From Candidatus Hermodarchaeota archaeon (GTDB lineage Archaea; Asgardarchaeota; Thorarchaeia; Thorarchaeales; Thorarchaeaceae), in the NCBI GenBank assembly GCA_048885865.1, contig JBHLLF010000001.1:128001-192000 (forward strand): DNA of 64,000 nucleotides, read 5' to 3'. This document shows positions 38,799 to 48,994 of the stretch, in pieces. The position numbers and the translations under genes were made by a program. The number at the start of each line of letters is the position of its first letter. Positions within the stretch are counted from its first letter, which is position 1. The notes beneath the pieces were generated by a model. It was not told the origin of the DNA. It ran no database searches and saw nothing but the letters and a program-made list of their open reading frames with translations.

Positions 38799-40115
38799 AT
38801 GCAAGCAGGAATACTTGATTGGTTAGCAGCAAACCCAGCTCTTGCCATCGCACTGTTTGGCATTCTGGGTATACTTTTGCTATCCTTCTACATAGTGAAG
38901 TATGTCAGGATCTTTGATCCAAACATATTCTATGTACATCTTAGGAAGGGTAAGGCAATTAAGCAAGGAGAGGGCGGCATGGTAATTCGAATTCCATTCT
39001 TGGATAGAATACTTGCCGTGGATAGAACCGTTCAGCAGCTCAATATCTCTGCTGAGTCTGTGCTCTCAAAGGAGAAGCAGAAGATTCGGTTGAGTGCTGT
39101 ACTTCAATGGCAGGCAGAGAATGCTATCGCCACGATAAACAATGTGAAGTGGGGAGAGATACCTCCTCGGCTTACAGCTATCATTGAATCGGTCATCCGT
39201 ACCTCTTGTGCTCAATTGGAGGTCGAGAGTATTCTAGAGGAACGTCAGCTGATCATCGAGGCAATCAAGAAGGAACTGACTGACATCGTCAGTGAGTGGG
39301 GGCTCAAAATCGTTACAGTCGAATTAGTAGACGTAGTAGTGGTTAACGAGCTGTTTCTCCAAGACATGTCAAAACCAAGAGAAGCAGAAATGCATAGGCT
39401 TGCTCAGATTGCTCAAATCGAGGCAGAGCAAGAAACAGGTGTCAAAGACATCGAGAGATCTAGGATGCTAAGGCAGAAGGAAATCGAACGTGACCAGCAA
39501 ATTGGTGTGCAGGAACAAGCCCAACTCAGAGCTATTCAGGAATCAGAGAAGCAACGTGAGCAAAGCGTTCTAGAGATAGATCTTCAGAAAGACCTCATGC
39601 AGAAGCGATATGAAAAGCAGCAGGCTGAGGTCGAAGCTGCGAAGGATCTAGAGGTTGCTAAGTTTGCTGCTGAAGCTGAGAAGCAGAAGAAGATCAAGCA
39701 GGAGGTTGAGGTGCAAGCTCAGAGAATTCTGCAAGAAGCAAAGGCCGATGCAGAGAAGATCAGCATTGTAGCTGCAGCTGATGCCGAGAAGATCATAAAG
39801 GTCACAAGCGCTGAAGCTGAGGGTATCAAGAAGACTCTAGCCGCTGCGAAGGATTATACGCCGCAGGCATTTGCGAGAGATTTTCTCCAGATTCTTCCAA
39901 AAATCTACGAGCAGATAGACATTGGCGACATCACGCTGTTTGGCGGCGGAGGCAATGGTTCAGATGCTGGTGAGGATGGAGGAGGAGCCGGTGCATTCCA
40001 GATATTCGGAAATGTACTACTTCCCATGATGCTGATGGCTAGAATGATGGGCTTTGACTTCCAGGGCTTGATGAAAGACTCTCTTGGAAGCATGGCGATA
40101 GATAAAGCTGCTTAA
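38799..40115 (+). CDS. SPFH/flotillin family protein
   Basis: N-terminal TM, SPFH domain (IPFLD..., WGLKIVTVE), AEA-rich coiled coil. Confidence 0.9.
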   Translation: MQAGILDWLAANPALAIALFGILGILLLSFYIVKYVRIFDPNIFYVHLRKGKAIKQGEGGMVIRIPFLDRILAVDRTVQQLNISAESVLSKEKQKIRLSAVLQWQAENAIATINNVKWGEIPPRLTAIIESVIRTSCAQLEVESILEERQLIIEAIKKELTDIVSEWGLKIVTVELVDVVVVNELFLQDMSKPREAEMHRLAQIAQIEAEQETGVKDIERSRMLRQKEIERDQQIGVQEQAQLRAIQESEKQREQSVLEIDLQKDLMQKRYEKQQAEVEAAKDLEVAKFAAEAEKQKKIKQEVEVQAQRILQEAKADAEKISIVAAADAEKIIKVTSAEAEGIKKTLAAAKDYTPQAFARDFLQILPKIYEQIDIGDITLFGGGGNGSDAGEDGGGAGAFQIFGNVLLPMMLMARMMGFDFQGLMKDSLGSMAIDKAA

Positions 40116-40129
40116 CATGTATATTCCGG

Positions 40130-40173
40130 AGCCTGGAGATGGACTGAAAGCCTCTCCAGGCTGCACCTATTTT
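40130..40173 (+). terminator. Hairpin followed by T-run after flotillin
   Basis: AGCCTGGAGA...TCTCCAGGCT 10-bp inverted repeat followed by TATTTT; between convergent genes. Confidence 0.55.
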
Positions 40174-40187
40174 GAAAAGTTCAATCA

Positions 40188-41963
40188 CTAGAGCCCTTTG
40201 TAGCAGGGCTTGCCTAGCATTTGAAGGAGTTCCTTTCTCAGACTCTGTTCTTGAATGAATCCATTCAATTCAACATCACAGAGCTTAATCGTTGGCAATA
40301 CGGGCATCTCATCCTCAGGCAATTCTACACTAGGATCATCGACATTGATGGATTCTATGATTGAGCTAGCAATGCTGAGTTCTTCCATGACTCGCAGCAA
40401 CAGGTCATAGACAGGCTCACACCAGAAGCAGTGAGTCGATTTATAGAAGGTGATGCATTTCTTGCCACCGCAAGGCAAGTCAGTTTCATCAGTCCACGCT
40501 GGGAAGACACAGACAAACTTGGCTCCTTGTGACGGGTCTCCCTCAACGCGATCCTCAACCCAAATCTGCCCATTGAGACTTCTTACAATATTGTCAGCCA
40601 GTGTAAGTCCAAGACCTCTCCCTACCACTTGCGCATCAGGATGTCCGCTCCTCTTGAAGATGAACTCCTTTAATGGATCTAGAATGCCGGGGCCATAGTC
40701 AGCGAACTCTATGCGTACAAGCCGTGAGTCAATAATCTGCGCAATGATGTCTATCTCCACCAAATCCCTCTCATCATACATTGCAGAATTGTGGATTATG
40801 TTGAAAAGAACCTGTGAGAGGTACTGATGCCCTGGTATGTGGAACTTCCCCTCACTGATATTCGTATTGACCTTCAACTCCTTCCAATGGAAATCTATTC
40901 TTACTGATTCGACTGCGGCGACTAGGTGACTATAGATGTCTGTCTTTTCTAGACTTGGGGGCTGGTCTCTAAGTGCCATGATTGTCCTCATATTGGCAAT
41001 CATTCTCGCAGATCTTCTGACATTCCAATTCGCCTGTTCCATTTGTGCCTGCAAGCTCTCTGGAATTTCCATCTGTGATTCTAGCAAGCCCATCGCAAAC
41101 AAGATAGATTGGTTAATGTTGTTGAGGTCATGAGTAGCAACTTCTAGATAGAGATTCGCCCTCTCCTCTTCCATCCTTTCCCTTTTCTCTGCAGTCTTTC
41201 TTCGATCAATATCAAGGGCCATTAGTCCAATTCGACTGGACCTGCCCGGCTTGTCCAAAGGGCCAGCTGTGACAGTTACCCAAATGGGCTTTCCATCAGC
41301 CCTCCTCATCATGATCTCTACTCCGTTTACTGCTCCTCCTTGAAGTATCTCATTGAAGACAAGCTTTCCTGCCTGACTATCCATTGGGTCTCCGGGAAGA
41401 AATATTTCAATATTCCTTCGAATCATCTGTTCTTCTTTATGTCCAAGGAGTCGCATTGCGGCTTGATTAACCTGGAGAATAATGCCTCGAGGGCTTAGCG
41501 TGAAGTACGCTATTGGTGAGGAGTCAAACAACTGGCGGTATCGTGATTCAGATTGCTCAATCGCAGCTTCCAGCTTGAGCTGCTGTGTGATATCACGCAC
41601 AATTCCAACCTTGGCAGGTGCTCCTTGGTAAACAAAGTCTGCAAGACTGATCTCCGCCATAACCGAACGACCAGTTCTTGTGACCAAATGGATTCGATAG
41701 CTTGGGGAAATGTCTGACGTTATGTCAAAACTCTCAATCTGCTCTTTGAACTGATGAGATGATGCTGGATCAAGTAGGCTAACGAATTCCTTTCCAAGAA
41801 GTTCGCTCTCTTCAAACTCTAGCAGCTTTGAGAATGCTGGATTGACCATCGATATCAGGTCGTCCTGAATCACCACTATTCCATCATTTGCCATCTGGAG
41901 GATGCTCTTGTACCTGTCATTTGATACAACACGTTCCTCAGGCACATGAAACACATCCGGCAT
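40188..41963 (-). CDS. PAS-PAS histidine kinase with C-terminal thioredoxin-like domain
   Basis: Two PAS domains; H-box THDLNN, N-box NIIHNS, DYGPGI, GRGLGL; then HCFWC...LPT; start uncertain. Confidence 0.88.
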   Translation of the reverse strand: MPDVFHVPEERVVSNDRYKSILQMANDGIVVIQDDLISMVNPAFSKLLEFEESELLGKEFVSLLDPASSHQFKEQIESFDITSDISPSYRIHLVTRTGRSVMAEISLADFVYQGAPAKVGIVRDITQQLKLEAAIEQSESRYRQLFDSSPIAYFTLSPRGIILQVNQAAMRLLGHKEEQMIRRNIEIFLPGDPMDSQAGKLVFNEILQGGAVNGVEIMMRRADGKPIWVTVTAGPLDKPGRSSRIGLMALDIDRRKTAEKRERMEEERANLYLEVATHDLNNINQSILFAMGLLESQMEIPESLQAQMEQANWNVRRSARMIANMRTIMALRDQPPSLEKTDIYSHLVAAVESVRIDFHWKELKVNTNISEGKFHIPGHQYLSQVLFNIIHNSAMYDERDLVEIDIIAQIIDSRLVRIEFADYGPGILDPLKEFIFKRSGHPDAQVVGRGLGLTLADNIVRSLNGQIWVEDRVEGDPSQGAKFVCVFPAWTDETDLPCGGKKCITFYKSTHCFWCEPVYDLLLRVMEELSIASSIIESINVDDPSVELPEDEMPVLPTIKLCDVELNGFIQEQSLRKELLQMLGKPCYKGL

Positions 41964-42077
41964 GCAGTTAACGCACATCCAATGTTCTGGGATACAATGC
42001 AATAGACCTAGCTGATTTGGAACGCTCATAATGTTTGCTAGTCTAGTGTTATCATCATCATTCAGAAGGCCGCATAG

Positions 42078-42115
42078 ACAATATTTTAATACTTATTCAA
42101 ATGTTAAAATGTTGT
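42078..42115. promoter_or_regulatory. Probable ArsR/SmtB operator
   Basis: 14-10-14 imperfect inverted repeat ACAATATTTTAATA / TGTTAAAATGTTGT abutting the ArsR start. Confidence 0.6.
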
Positions 42116-42437
42116 GACTACGCAAGCTAATGACCAAAATGAGGCTGACCTAGACCAGATAGACGCGCAGAATATATCACGGTTGTTCAGCGCACTTAAT
42201 GATGAGTCAAGGGTTAGAATAGTCAACCTGTTAATGCGGGAAGAGAAGATCTTTGTTTCTGAGATTGCAAAAAGGACAGGCCAGCATATCAGTAGCGTGA
42301 GTCACCATCTGCGAATTCTCAAAGACCTTGGCTTTGTGAAACATGAGCGCGACGGAAAGCATGTCTATCACATGCTGGACGACGATTGTATCAGAGACAT
42401 CATGGAGAGAGCGATAGAACATGTTGCTGGAAAGTGA
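42114..42437 (+). CDS. ArsR/SmtB metalloregulator
   Basis: LFSALNDESRVRI, SSVSHHLRIL, GKHVYH; alpha5-type DxC...EH. Confidence 0.92.
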   Translation: MTTQANDQNEADLDQIDAQNISRLFSALNDESRVRIVNLLMREEKIFVSEIAKRTGQHISSVSHHLRILKDLGFVKHERDGKHVYHMLDDDCIRDIMERAIEHVAGK

Positions 42438-44325
42438 AGCAGCTTGCACTCATTGCGCAAAGCATGAAGAAGAGGACACCAAGACAAGCATGACTGAAAA
42501 GTATGCTCTTGCAGTACTTGCAACCGTCACTTGGTCGGCCGCAATTCTTGTAGAGCTGCTTTGGCAAAATCAGTTGTTTGTCTATGGACTATCAATCGCC
42601 GCACTTCTAATGGCAGGGAGATGGATTATCCCAAGAGGACTCCGAGGTGCCGCTAAGATTCATCTGGACATCAATTTCCTGATGACATTTGCAGCTTTTG
42701 CTGCACTTATCATAGGTGCACCTTTGGAGGGAGCCGCAGCTATGTATCTCTTCTTCATTGCCAATCTTCTAGAGGACAGAGCGAGTGAGCAGGTTCGGAA
42801 TGACATCCAGGGACTGTTAGAGCTAGCACCACCTATGATCTCGATTAAGGCCTCTGGGGGAATAGTGGAGGTACCAGTAGAATCAGGCCAGATAGGCGAA
42901 GTCTTCGTTGTCAAACCGGGAGACAGAATCGGCCTTGATGGAATTGTTGTTTCTGGCACCACCAGTGTGAACCAGAGTCCGATCACCGGAGAATCCGTGC
43001 CGGTCTCAAAACAGGCTGGCGACACAGTATACGCTGGAACAATAAACATGGATGGTTCTGTTGAGATTGAAATTACCCATCCGTCCAATGAAACCGTGCT
43101 CTCTCGAATAGTTTCACTTGTAGATGATGCCCGTAACAAGAGGTCACCAACTGAAAAATTGGTTTCCAGGGTTTCTCATCGATACACTCCAATGGTAGTG
43201 GTTGCCTCCGTTGCAATGGCGTTACTAACCTTCGCTTTTGGATTCACATTAGAGGAGGCTATCTATAGAGGACTAACATTGCTTGTCACATCTTGCCCGT
43301 GCGCATTTGTCATCTCAATTCCGGTTAGCATGGTCAGTTCAATTGCGGGATCTGCAAGGAGTGGTGTTCTTGTCAAGGGATCCGAATACATAGAAGCACT
43401 AAGCAAATCATCAGTAGTTGCTTTTGATAAGACTGGCACCCTAACTGAGGGAGTGCTTCAAGTTGAAAGCATTACACCAGTAAATGGAGCGACCAGAGAG
43501 GAAGTGTTGCGACTGGCAGGATCATTAGAGATGTTTTCGGAGCACCCAATTTCCCGGGCAATAACACAACTAACTGAGATAGAAAGGATTACCCCAAGTG
43601 AAGTAGATTCCTTTCAAGCAATAGCTGGACGCGGAGTCACAGGAATAATTGCTGGCGAAAGAGTCGTCGCTGGAAACAAGGGCTTGATGGTGGATGAGGG
43701 GATTGATGTCGATGGCGGTGTATCTTCTACGATTGGCACAAATGTCTATGTAGCAAGGAATAGCACTCACGTTGGGACCATCAGACTCATGGACTCAGTT
43801 CGTCACACCGCAAGGAGAGCAATCCAGAACCTTTCCGCAATGGGAGTAAGGTCGATAATGCTTACAGGGGATAATCATGCCACAGCCCGTCATGTAGCTG
43901 AAATTCTTCAGGTAGATGAATTTCATGCGGACCTCCTCCCTCATGAGAAGGTGGAGGCTGTGAAGGCAATCTCTGATGAAGGAACTCATCTATTCATTGG
44001 CGATGGGATTAATGATGCACCTGCGATGGCCGCATCTGATGTTTCCGTCGCGATGGGCGTTATCGGATCTGATTTAGCTTTGGAAACAGCGGATGTGGCT
44101 CTGATGGAGGATGACTTGGAGAAGATTCCCATTCTGATTCGACAAGCCAAGAAGACAATGTCTATTGTGAAACAAAACATTGCGGTTTCAATTGGAATAA
44201 AGGCGGCGGTAGCAATATTGGCCATAGCAGGATTGGCAACACTCTGGCTAGCGGTTGGAGTGGGTGACATGGGAGTTTCATTACTTGTGATTGCAAATGC
44301 TCTGAGACTTGCTGTGCGTCGCTAG
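42421..44325 (+). CDS. Heavy-metal P1B-type ATPase (CadA/ZntA-like)
   Basis: TGES, CPC, DKTGT, SEHP, GDGINDAP; N-terminal CTHC. Confidence 0.95.
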   Translation: MLLESEAACTHCAKHEEEDTKTSMTEKYALAVLATVTWSAAILVELLWQNQLFVYGLSIAALLMAGRWIIPRGLRGAAKIHLDINFLMTFAAFAALIIGAPLEGAAAMYLFFIANLLEDRASEQVRNDIQGLLELAPPMISIKASGGIVEVPVESGQIGEVFVVKPGDRIGLDGIVVSGTTSVNQSPITGESVPVSKQAGDTVYAGTINMDGSVEIEITHPSNETVLSRIVSLVDDARNKRSPTEKLVSRVSHRYTPMVVVASVAMALLTFAFGFTLEEAIYRGLTLLVTSCPCAFVISIPVSMVSSIAGSARSGVLVKGSEYIEALSKSSVVAFDKTGTLTEGVLQVESITPVNGATREEVLRLAGSLEMFSEHPISRAITQLTEIERITPSEVDSFQAIAGRGVTGIIAGERVVAGNKGLMVDEGIDVDGGVSSTIGTNVYVARNSTHVGTIRLMDSVRHTARRAIQNLSAMGVRSIMLTGDNHATARHVAEILQVDEFHADLLPHEKVEAVKAISDEGTHLFIGDGINDAPAMAASDVSVAMGVIGSDLALETADVALMEDDLEKIPILIRQAKKTMSIVKQNIAVSIGIKAAVAILAIAGLATLWLAVGVGDMGVSLLVIANALRLAVRR

Positions 44326-44326
44326 A

Positions 44327-45910
44327 TTAACGGAATGAGTTCATCGCACGGACTCCTGCTTCTAGAAACGTGAATACAATTGTCAATGTGAAGAACGGAA
44401 GCGCGACAAGTATCAGTTGGTCATGAGCTAATGCAGCAACCAAGCCGATCAAAGCTGCACCCAATGTGAGGTTGACTACTGGAAATGAAAATGCCAAAGG
44501 AACGGGCAGTACCTTTGGGTCATTTGTGATAACTGGGACATATGCACCGATAGCTACACCAGTAGCTGTAAACATCAGAATCAGAGGAGCTGCTAGAGTA
44601 AGCAAAGACGCAAAACCTTCCACACGGAAGAAATAGGATATGAACCCTAGAACTGGAATTGACGCCAGTCCTACCTCAATGAGACTAAGTAGATATTTCG
44701 CGAGAATTATATCCATGGGCTTGAACGGACTCGCCTTCAGGAGGTAGATGTTTTCTTGTTCATCTACGAAACTAAGGAGACTAGTAACACTGCTAAGCTG
44801 TATCAAGAGAAGCACAATGAGCAGAAAGGCTGGGATTGCTGTTGAGCTGAGCGCAGGAGGAATCTGAAGGGGAGCGAGGTTGGCAGGTCGAAATGCGTTG
44901 ATATATACTACGAAGATTGTCCCGAAGATGACATAGACATATTTCCAGATCTGAAGGGGGCTCCGCATTCTAGACCAAAAGTCTTTGAGCATAATCCATG
45001 ACATCGGGTCCGAAAATCTGGTTTGTGTGAAGTCGACTTGGCCTCTGACAATTCTGCTGAAGCGGCCCTCGACTTTTTCTCTACCTACTGCGGCCGCAAA
45101 GACCTCGTAGTAGTCGAAATCGCATAGGGCAGCTAGGAAAAGAAATGAGATGAGAAAACCAAGAATGAGGAAAACTAGACCCAAGTTTGGACCATATCCC
45201 CAAGCCAAAATCCCCGTGACTTCAGTCACTATGAAAGCATAGGCGTTCGATGGAAACAGAATGGTTTCTGGGTAGCTTCCCGTTATCTGAGGGAGCGTTG
45301 GGAGAATTGCGGCTAATCCGAAAACAGCAACTAGGATATGCCTTGCAGGATTGCGAGTGCGCTGCTGAACCTTGATCCTAAGGTAGGATGCAATACTTCC
45401 CAGGAAGTAGTTCACTTCAAAATACACAATTGTAGTGACAAGAAGCAGAAACACAGGAATGAACAAGAGGTTTGCCGAGGTCACTATAGGCAATATTGCA
45501 ATGACTCCTGCAATAACAAAGACGAGTTTTCGAACAAATCTCCGAATGTATCTACTCATGAATAGCTGAAATGGCTTAACAGGCGCGCCAAGGATAATTG
45601 ACTCATCATCATCGGTCAATGAAGCAGCGACACCGATTCCGAAATATCCCCCCACGACAGATGATAATGTCAGGATTCCCATTCCGGCGAATAATGTCCC
45701 ACGTTCAAGAACATCCTCAATCATCGCCCCAGCCATGTATACTACTCCTTGAAAGCTCAAAACTGTGGTTAATATTGCACTGACAAAATACACACCAATA
45801 ATGGTAATTCCATAGAACATCAACATCGATGGAGTTCTAATAGCGCGCTTGAACTGGTTCCACAACATCCTGACTTCATTTCTAGCCAGTGCATAAGTAG
45901 TGTTGACCAA
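44327..45910 (-). CDS. ABC exporter permease
   Basis: ~12 TMs with duplicated halves; downstream of ABC ATPase. Confidence 0.75.
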   Translation of the reverse strand: MVNTTYALARNEVRMLWNQFKRAIRTPSMLMFYGITIIGVYFVSAILTTVLSFQGVVYMAGAMIEDVLERGTLFAGMGILTLSSVVGGYFGIGVAASLTDDDESIILGAPVKPFQLFMSRYIRRFVRKLVFVIAGVIAILPIVTSANLLFIPVFLLLVTTIVYFEVNYFLGSIASYLRIKVQQRTRNPARHILVAVFGLAAILPTLPQITGSYPETILFPSNAYAFIVTEVTGILAWGYGPNLGLVFLILGFLISFLFLAALCDFDYYEVFAAAVGREKVEGRFSRIVRGQVDFTQTRFSDPMSWIMLKDFWSRMRSPLQIWKYVYVIFGTIFVVYINAFRPANLAPLQIPPALSSTAIPAFLLIVLLLIQLSSVTSLLSFVDEQENIYLLKASPFKPMDIILAKYLLSLIEVGLASIPVLGFISYFFRVEGFASLLTLAAPLILMFTATGVAIGAYVPVITNDPKVLPVPLAFSFPVVNLTLGAALIGLVAALAHDQLILVALPFFTLTIVFTFLEAGVRAMNSFR

Positions 45911-45929
45911 GTTCGATCACCTGCATACG

Positions 45930-46841
45930 CTATTCTGGGATTCCTCCGGTAAGTTCGAGAAAGACTTCTTCCAGATTCGTTGCACGCTTGCCCTCATTGA
46001 GCAGCTCTTTCAGAGTCCCGCGCCCTACGACCTTTGCTTCATTCATTATGACAAATCTATCACACAGACTTTCAGCTACCTCCAAGATATGAGTGGATAT
46101 GAGAATGGCTGACTTCTCTTTCTTCAGATCATTGAGATGTGCTTTGAGGCTCCAAGCACCACGCGGGTCAAGTCCATAGATTGGCTCGTCGAAAGCCAGC
46201 ACGAAAGGTGGCTCTCTAACAAATATACCAACCAAGAGGGCTCTTTGCAGATTTCCCTTGGAGAGCGTTCCAATGTAGTTATCTAAATACTCCCGAAGCT
46301 GGAACATGTCAAGATAGTGACTCATGCGAACTAGCGTTTCTTCATTTGGGACATCATAAATCCGACCCATGAACATCAGGTATTCTCTTACCGTTAAACT
46401 AGGATAGCAGGTGGGTTTCTCTGGAATATATCCGATTAGGTCTTTCGCTGGAATTGGCGATTTCTGGATATCATGGCCACCAACATAGACTTCTCCTCCA
46501 CTCGGCTTGATGATTCCTGTTAGGACACGTAGTGTTGTTGTTTTGCCTGCGCCATTTGGTCCCACAAGACCAACAATCTCTCCAGGAGAGACCTTGAGGT
46601 CTAGTTTATCCACTGCCAGTGTCTTACTGAAGCGCTTGGACATTCCCTTTATTTCTACGGCAGGATTAGGCAACATCTTCGGTTTGTCAAGTCTCTTGTC
46701 CTTTCTCTCCTGCATGGCATTAGTCAATTCTTCGACAAGCCAGCTTCGTTTCACAGTGCGACTGGCGATTGGCACTTTCAGAATTCGTGCAAGTCTGACA
46801 AGTTCTTCATCGGTCATACTCTGAATCACAGAGAGTTCCAC
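45930..46841 (-). CDS. ABC transporter ATP-binding protein with N-terminal extension
   Basis: GPNGAGKT, LSKG signature, FDEP, STH. Confidence 0.92.
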   Translation of the reverse strand: MELSVIQSMTDEELVRLARILKVPIASRTVKRSWLVEELTNAMQERKDKRLDKPKMLPNPAVEIKGMSKRFSKTLAVDKLDLKVSPGEIVGLVGPNGAGKTTTLRVLTGIIKPSGGEVYVGGHDIQKSPIPAKDLIGYIPEKPTCYPSLTVREYLMFMGRIYDVPNEETLVRMSHYLDMFQLREYLDNYIGTLSKGNLQRALLVGIFVREPPFVLAFDEPIYGLDPRGAWSLKAHLNDLKKEKSAILISTHILEVAESLCDRFVIMNEAKVVGRGTLKELLNEGKRATNLEEVFLELTGGIPE

Positions 46842-46953
46842 ACTCAGTCGAAACGCCTCCAGATCACTATCTTAATGAGCAGTCAATTGTCCAGACGTGG
46901 ATTCATGACATAATAAGTCATGGGTACAAGTATTATCCATTGAAAAGCAAGGC

Positions 46954-47658
46954 TCAGTATTCTTGCACGTATGGAATAACTTGTCGGAACTCGAGCAACC
47001 AATTTTTGACTTCTGTCACTAGTGGGTAGACCTCTACTCCTTTCTTATGAGCACTCTCGAGCTCAAGTGCGAATTCAGGATCTGTGTCCGCCTTTGGAGA
47101 GAAGACTTTTGCATCAGGTCTTTGGATGACAAAGACAACTGCAGCCCTGTTAGCCGATCCATCTTGAAGTGACCTGGCAAGATTTCTGAGATGTCTTGCT
47201 CCCCTTTCCGTTGGCGCATCTGGAAAGAGGGCATGTCCATCCTCAACTAGTGTGCAGGACTTGACCTCAATGAATGTGGTTCCCTTCGCACCTTCCAACT
47301 TGAAGTCGAAGCGACCATCATAGATCCGAGGCTCAGGAATTACAGTATCATAAGGCAGAAACCAGTCAAAGGCATGATTCAGTAGGTTTGATTTCATGAA
47401 GCGGTTAGGCAGATTGGAGTCAATAGAGATTAGGACTCCATCGTGGGAAACACCGATCATGTCATACTCTGTCTTGCGATGGGCTCCGGATTTGCGTCGA
47501 AGGTAGACCTGCCTCCTAGGAATCATCAATTCATGCATCCTGCCAGGATTAGGAATGAATACTTCTATGATTCTCCGATTGAGCTCGACTCTTCCAAGAA
47601 ATCTATTCGGTCTTTCGATAAACTGAGCTTCTACTACATCACCATCTGCTACCATCAT
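46954..47658 (-). CDS. sfsA: SfsA-family nuclease
   Basis: RPNRF, PNPGRM, FIEVKSCTL, FPDAPTERGARHL. Confidence 0.93.
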   Translation of the reverse strand: MMVADGDVVEAQFIERPNRFLGRVELNRRIIEVFIPNPGRMHELMIPRRQVYLRRKSGAHRKTEYDMIGVSHDGVLISIDSNLPNRFMKSNLLNHAFDWFLPYDTVIPEPRIYDGRFDFKLEGAKGTTFIEVKSCTLVEDGHALFPDAPTERGARHLRNLARSLQDGSANRAAVVFVIQRPDAKVFSPKADTDPEFALELESAHKKGVEVYPLVTEVKNWLLEFRQVIPYVQEY

Positions 47659-47728
47659 GAGACGAGTGTGATGAGTGAGTGTTGCACATTGCTCTTCCGG
47701 TCTGGCAATCAACTATCGTGCCACCATT

Positions 47729-48829
47729 TCAGAAGAATTCAGAAAGAGTCGATTGAGTACTTCCTTCGGAGAGTCCCGATACTTTCACACCAATGAGTCT
47801 CAGGTACTTATCCGGATTCCTCTTTCTTTCAAAGATTTCAACTGCGATTTGCTGGAGCATATCTTGGTCATCGGTTTCCACTGGAATTGACTTACTTCTC
47901 TGTATAGTTGAGTAATCTGCATATCGCATCTTGACAGTGACCGTCTTGAACTTGAGAGATTTCTGTCGAAGCCGGTCACCTATCCTTCCACACATTCTCG
48001 TAATTGTACCATGAAGGAAGTCTAACTCGTCTGGATCAACATCCTCCATGAACGTGAAGTCCTTTGATATTGACTTCCTTATACGAGGTCCATTATCTAG
48101 TAAGGGTCGATCATCTATTCCATGTGCCCGATTGTATAACCAGCGCGACCCTCTTCCCATAATAGGCCAGAGGTCCGTGATTGTCATCTCATGTATCTGT
48201 CCAAGCGTTTCTATGTCATGTTTACGAAGTCTTTGGGCAGTTTTTGCACCAACTCCATTGAGTGCATCAACAGGCAATGGAGCTAGAAATCTCAGTACTT
48301 CCTCGGGGTCATTACCCACCAGTGTGATTCCTAGAGGTTTATTCATACCCGTGGCAATTTTGGCTACGCTCATGTTCGGAGCTACACCTATTGAACAAGG
48401 CAGCTTTGTCTGCAATCGGATTTCACTTTGGATCGTCTGTGCTAATGAGTAGGGCCCTTCATAGTCTCGAACAAGCTCAGTTGCTTCTATGTAGGCCTCA
48501 TCGATGCTGGCTCTTCGCACCCTGCCTTCGTCTGAGAAGCTTCGAAGGACATGCATTACTTCTGCAGAAGCTTCACTGTATGATGAGAACTCGCCAGACA
48601 CGAAAACAGCATCTGGACATAAACGATATGCCTTCGAAACCGGCATCCCCGAGTGAATGCCAAATGCCCTTGCTTCATAGGACGCGGTTCTCACCACGCC
48701 TCGCCCACGACCACCCTTTGGATCATGACCCACGCAGACTGGCAATCCAGCTAACTCAGGATGATTTCGGTACTGTTCTACCGCGGCAAAGAACGCATCC
48801 ATATCTACGTGCATTATCCAGCGTTCCAA
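47729..48829 (-). CDS. dinB: Y-family DNA polymerase IV
   Basis: HVDMDAFFAAVE, ASYEARAFG, SIDEAY, AKIA..KP; TTG start at 48829. Confidence 0.95.
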   Translation of the reverse strand: MERWIMHVDMDAFFAAVEQYRNHPELAGLPVCVGHDPKGGRGRGVVRTASYEARAFGIHSGMPVSKAYRLCPDAVFVSGEFSSYSEASAEVMHVLRSFSDEGRVRRASIDEAYIEATELVRDYEGPYSLAQTIQSEIRLQTKLPCSIGVAPNMSVAKIATGMNKPLGITLVGNDPEEVLRFLAPLPVDALNGVGAKTAQRLRKHDIETLGQIHEMTITDLWPIMGRGSRWLYNRAHGIDDRPLLDNGPRIRKSISKDFTFMEDVDPDELDFLHGTITRMCGRIGDRLRQKSLKFKTVTVKMRYADYSTIQRSKSIPVETDDQDMLQQIAVEIFERKRNPDKYLRLIGVKVSGLSEGSTQSTLSEFF

Positions 48830-48994
48830 CTTGTTTCCCGAGTCTTTACTATCCGAAACTGTTTTTGCATTTCTCCAGTCCTTTATACTATTGGACGAAT
48901 TATTCGCGGACGGGGAGTTGACCGAACCTATTGCTCTTCCAACAGAGTGATATGGACCATCTATAGGCCAAGCGAGTATTCTGGAGGAACACAT

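Noticed and set aside
38570-38863. Short ORFs between the NfeD-like gene and flotillin
   Set aside because: No recognisable motif or clear SD; competing frames give no support
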